A stretch of DNA of 64,000 bases from Vicinamibacteria bacterium (GTDB lineage: Bacteria; Acidobacteriota; Vicinamibacteria; Marinacidobacterales; Marinacidobacteraceae): positions 3,552,001-3,616,000 of the forward strand of contig OY821641.1 of NCBI GenBank assembly GCA_963555995.3, in the 5' to 3' direction. How positions within the stretch are numbered: the stretch's first letter is position 1; the number at the start of each line of letters is the position of its first letter. The position numbers were made by a program, and so were the translations under genes. The notes under the pieces were generated by a model. The model was not told the DNA's origin. It searched no databases and was given only the letters and a program-made list of their open reading frames with translations. Positions 63,031-64,000 of the stretch are shown piece after piece.

Positions 63031-64000
63031 TCAGAAACGGCGGCGACGGAACCGGTTGTTCACCACGTTGTTGAAGATGGACCCGAACCGGAACTCGAAG
63101 CCGACCTCGACGCCGTAGTCGAACTCGGTCGCCCGCGCCTGCAGCCGCAGCAGGGCCTCCTCGTCGGTCGCTTCCTCGGCGGCGAGGTAGATCTGGTCGT
63201 TCACCGACGAGATGTTCCCGGACACTTCCAGCGAGAGACCCCGGAAGATCCGGAACTCGAGGTCCCCGCCGAGGCGGATCAGGCGCTGGCTGAAGTCGTG
63301 CAGGAAGTGCGATCCGCTGACGTTGACGGAGGCGTTGCCCCAGGGCTGGCGCTGGCTGAAGCGCACGTCGAGGGCCTGTTCCCAGCGGGTCTCCTCGGTC
63401 TCCCCGTAGATCGTGGTTTCGGCGTAGTCGCGGTACGCGGGGCCGATCGCGTAGTGGAAGATGAAGCTGCGCCGGGTCGCCTCCTCGTAGGGGAAGATGC
63501 TGTATTCCAGCGCGGGCGCGACTTCGATCCGGAACCGCTGGTTGTAGGTCAGGTTCCGGCTGGTGTTCGTGTCGAGGCCGACCGACCAGTGATCGAGGAG
63601 GGCGTACACGACGCGGGTATCCAGGCTCCAGCCGGTCCGCGTGTCGGTGAACGTCCCATCCGAGAGTTCAATCGAGAAATGGTCGTTCTGGATGTCTCCC
63701 CACAACCGGACCCGCCAGTCGGGGGTGACCCGGGAAGCGGAGAACCCACCTTCCAGGCTGGTGCGCCGCTGGGTGGTCTCGCCGTCAATCCCCACTTCCC
63801 CGTCAATGCGGAACACCCAGAGGTTCCACGGGTCCTCCACCTCGTCGCGGGCCACCACCCCGCGGGCCACCGCCGCCTCCTCGCGGTCCGTCGGGCTGAG
63901 GACGACGAGACCCCGGAATCCGGCCTCGTCCGCGAACGTCGCCAACCCGAGCCCCATGCTGTGGACGATCCCGTCCAGCGTCTCCCGGTCGGTGTCGGTC
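63031..64000 (-). CDS. Putative outer-membrane beta-barrel protein (start outside window)
   Basis: Frame is open to the window end. Alternating beta-strand pattern, DPWNLWVF, and C-terminal FGSIFNNVVN.RF. Confidence 0.7.
   Translation of the reverse strand, partial: TDTDRETLDGIVHSMGLGLATFADEAGFRGLVVLSPTDREEAAVARGVVARDEVEDPWNLWVFRIDGEVGIDGETTQRRTSLEGGFSASRVTPDWRVRLWGDIQNDHFSIELSDGTFTDTRTGWSLDTRVVYALLDHWSVGLDTNTSRNLTYNQRFRIEVAPALEYSIFPYEEATRRSFIFHYAIGPAYRDYAETTIYGETEETRWEQALDVRFSQRQPWGNASVNVSGSHFLHDFSQRLIRLGGDLEFRIFRGLSLEVSGNISSVNDQIYLAAEEATDEEALLRLQARATEFDYGVEVGFEFRFGSIFNNVVNNRFRRRRF

Overview
Very GC-rich bacterial window. The Acidobacteria-type VWA/TPR genes, the carboxypeptidase-domain TonB receptor and the many Tat-exported enzymes suggest Acidobacteriota (inference). 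Most of it is catabolic and transport genes: P450, a CoxL-like molybdoenzyme, amidohydrolases, a divergent GGT, twin FAD oxidases, a BCCT transporter and a three-subunit succinate dehydrogenase. A REP-like palindrome family (24 clear copies, several as REPIN-like doublets) is spread throughout. Accessory content: (1) an ISL3 element with ~100-bp terminal inverted repeats and an 8-bp target-site duplication; (2) a ~12-kb defence island (16.8-28.9 kb) with a type I restriction-modification system whose HsdR carries a C-terminal Schlafen/AlbA_2 domain with intact RNase-type residues, plus Fic, an AAA ATPase, orphan antitoxins and operator-like repeat arrays; (3) a DUF1156-type methylase and PD-(D/E)XK nuclease pair between two tandem paralogous oxidase genes; (4) a solo WYL regulator, HEPN and VapBC-type pairs, and a decayed RelE. 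The best candidate for an undescribed system is the HsdR-Schlafen fusion. No rRNA, tRNA or CRISPR array was seen. All calls are by eye, without database searches.
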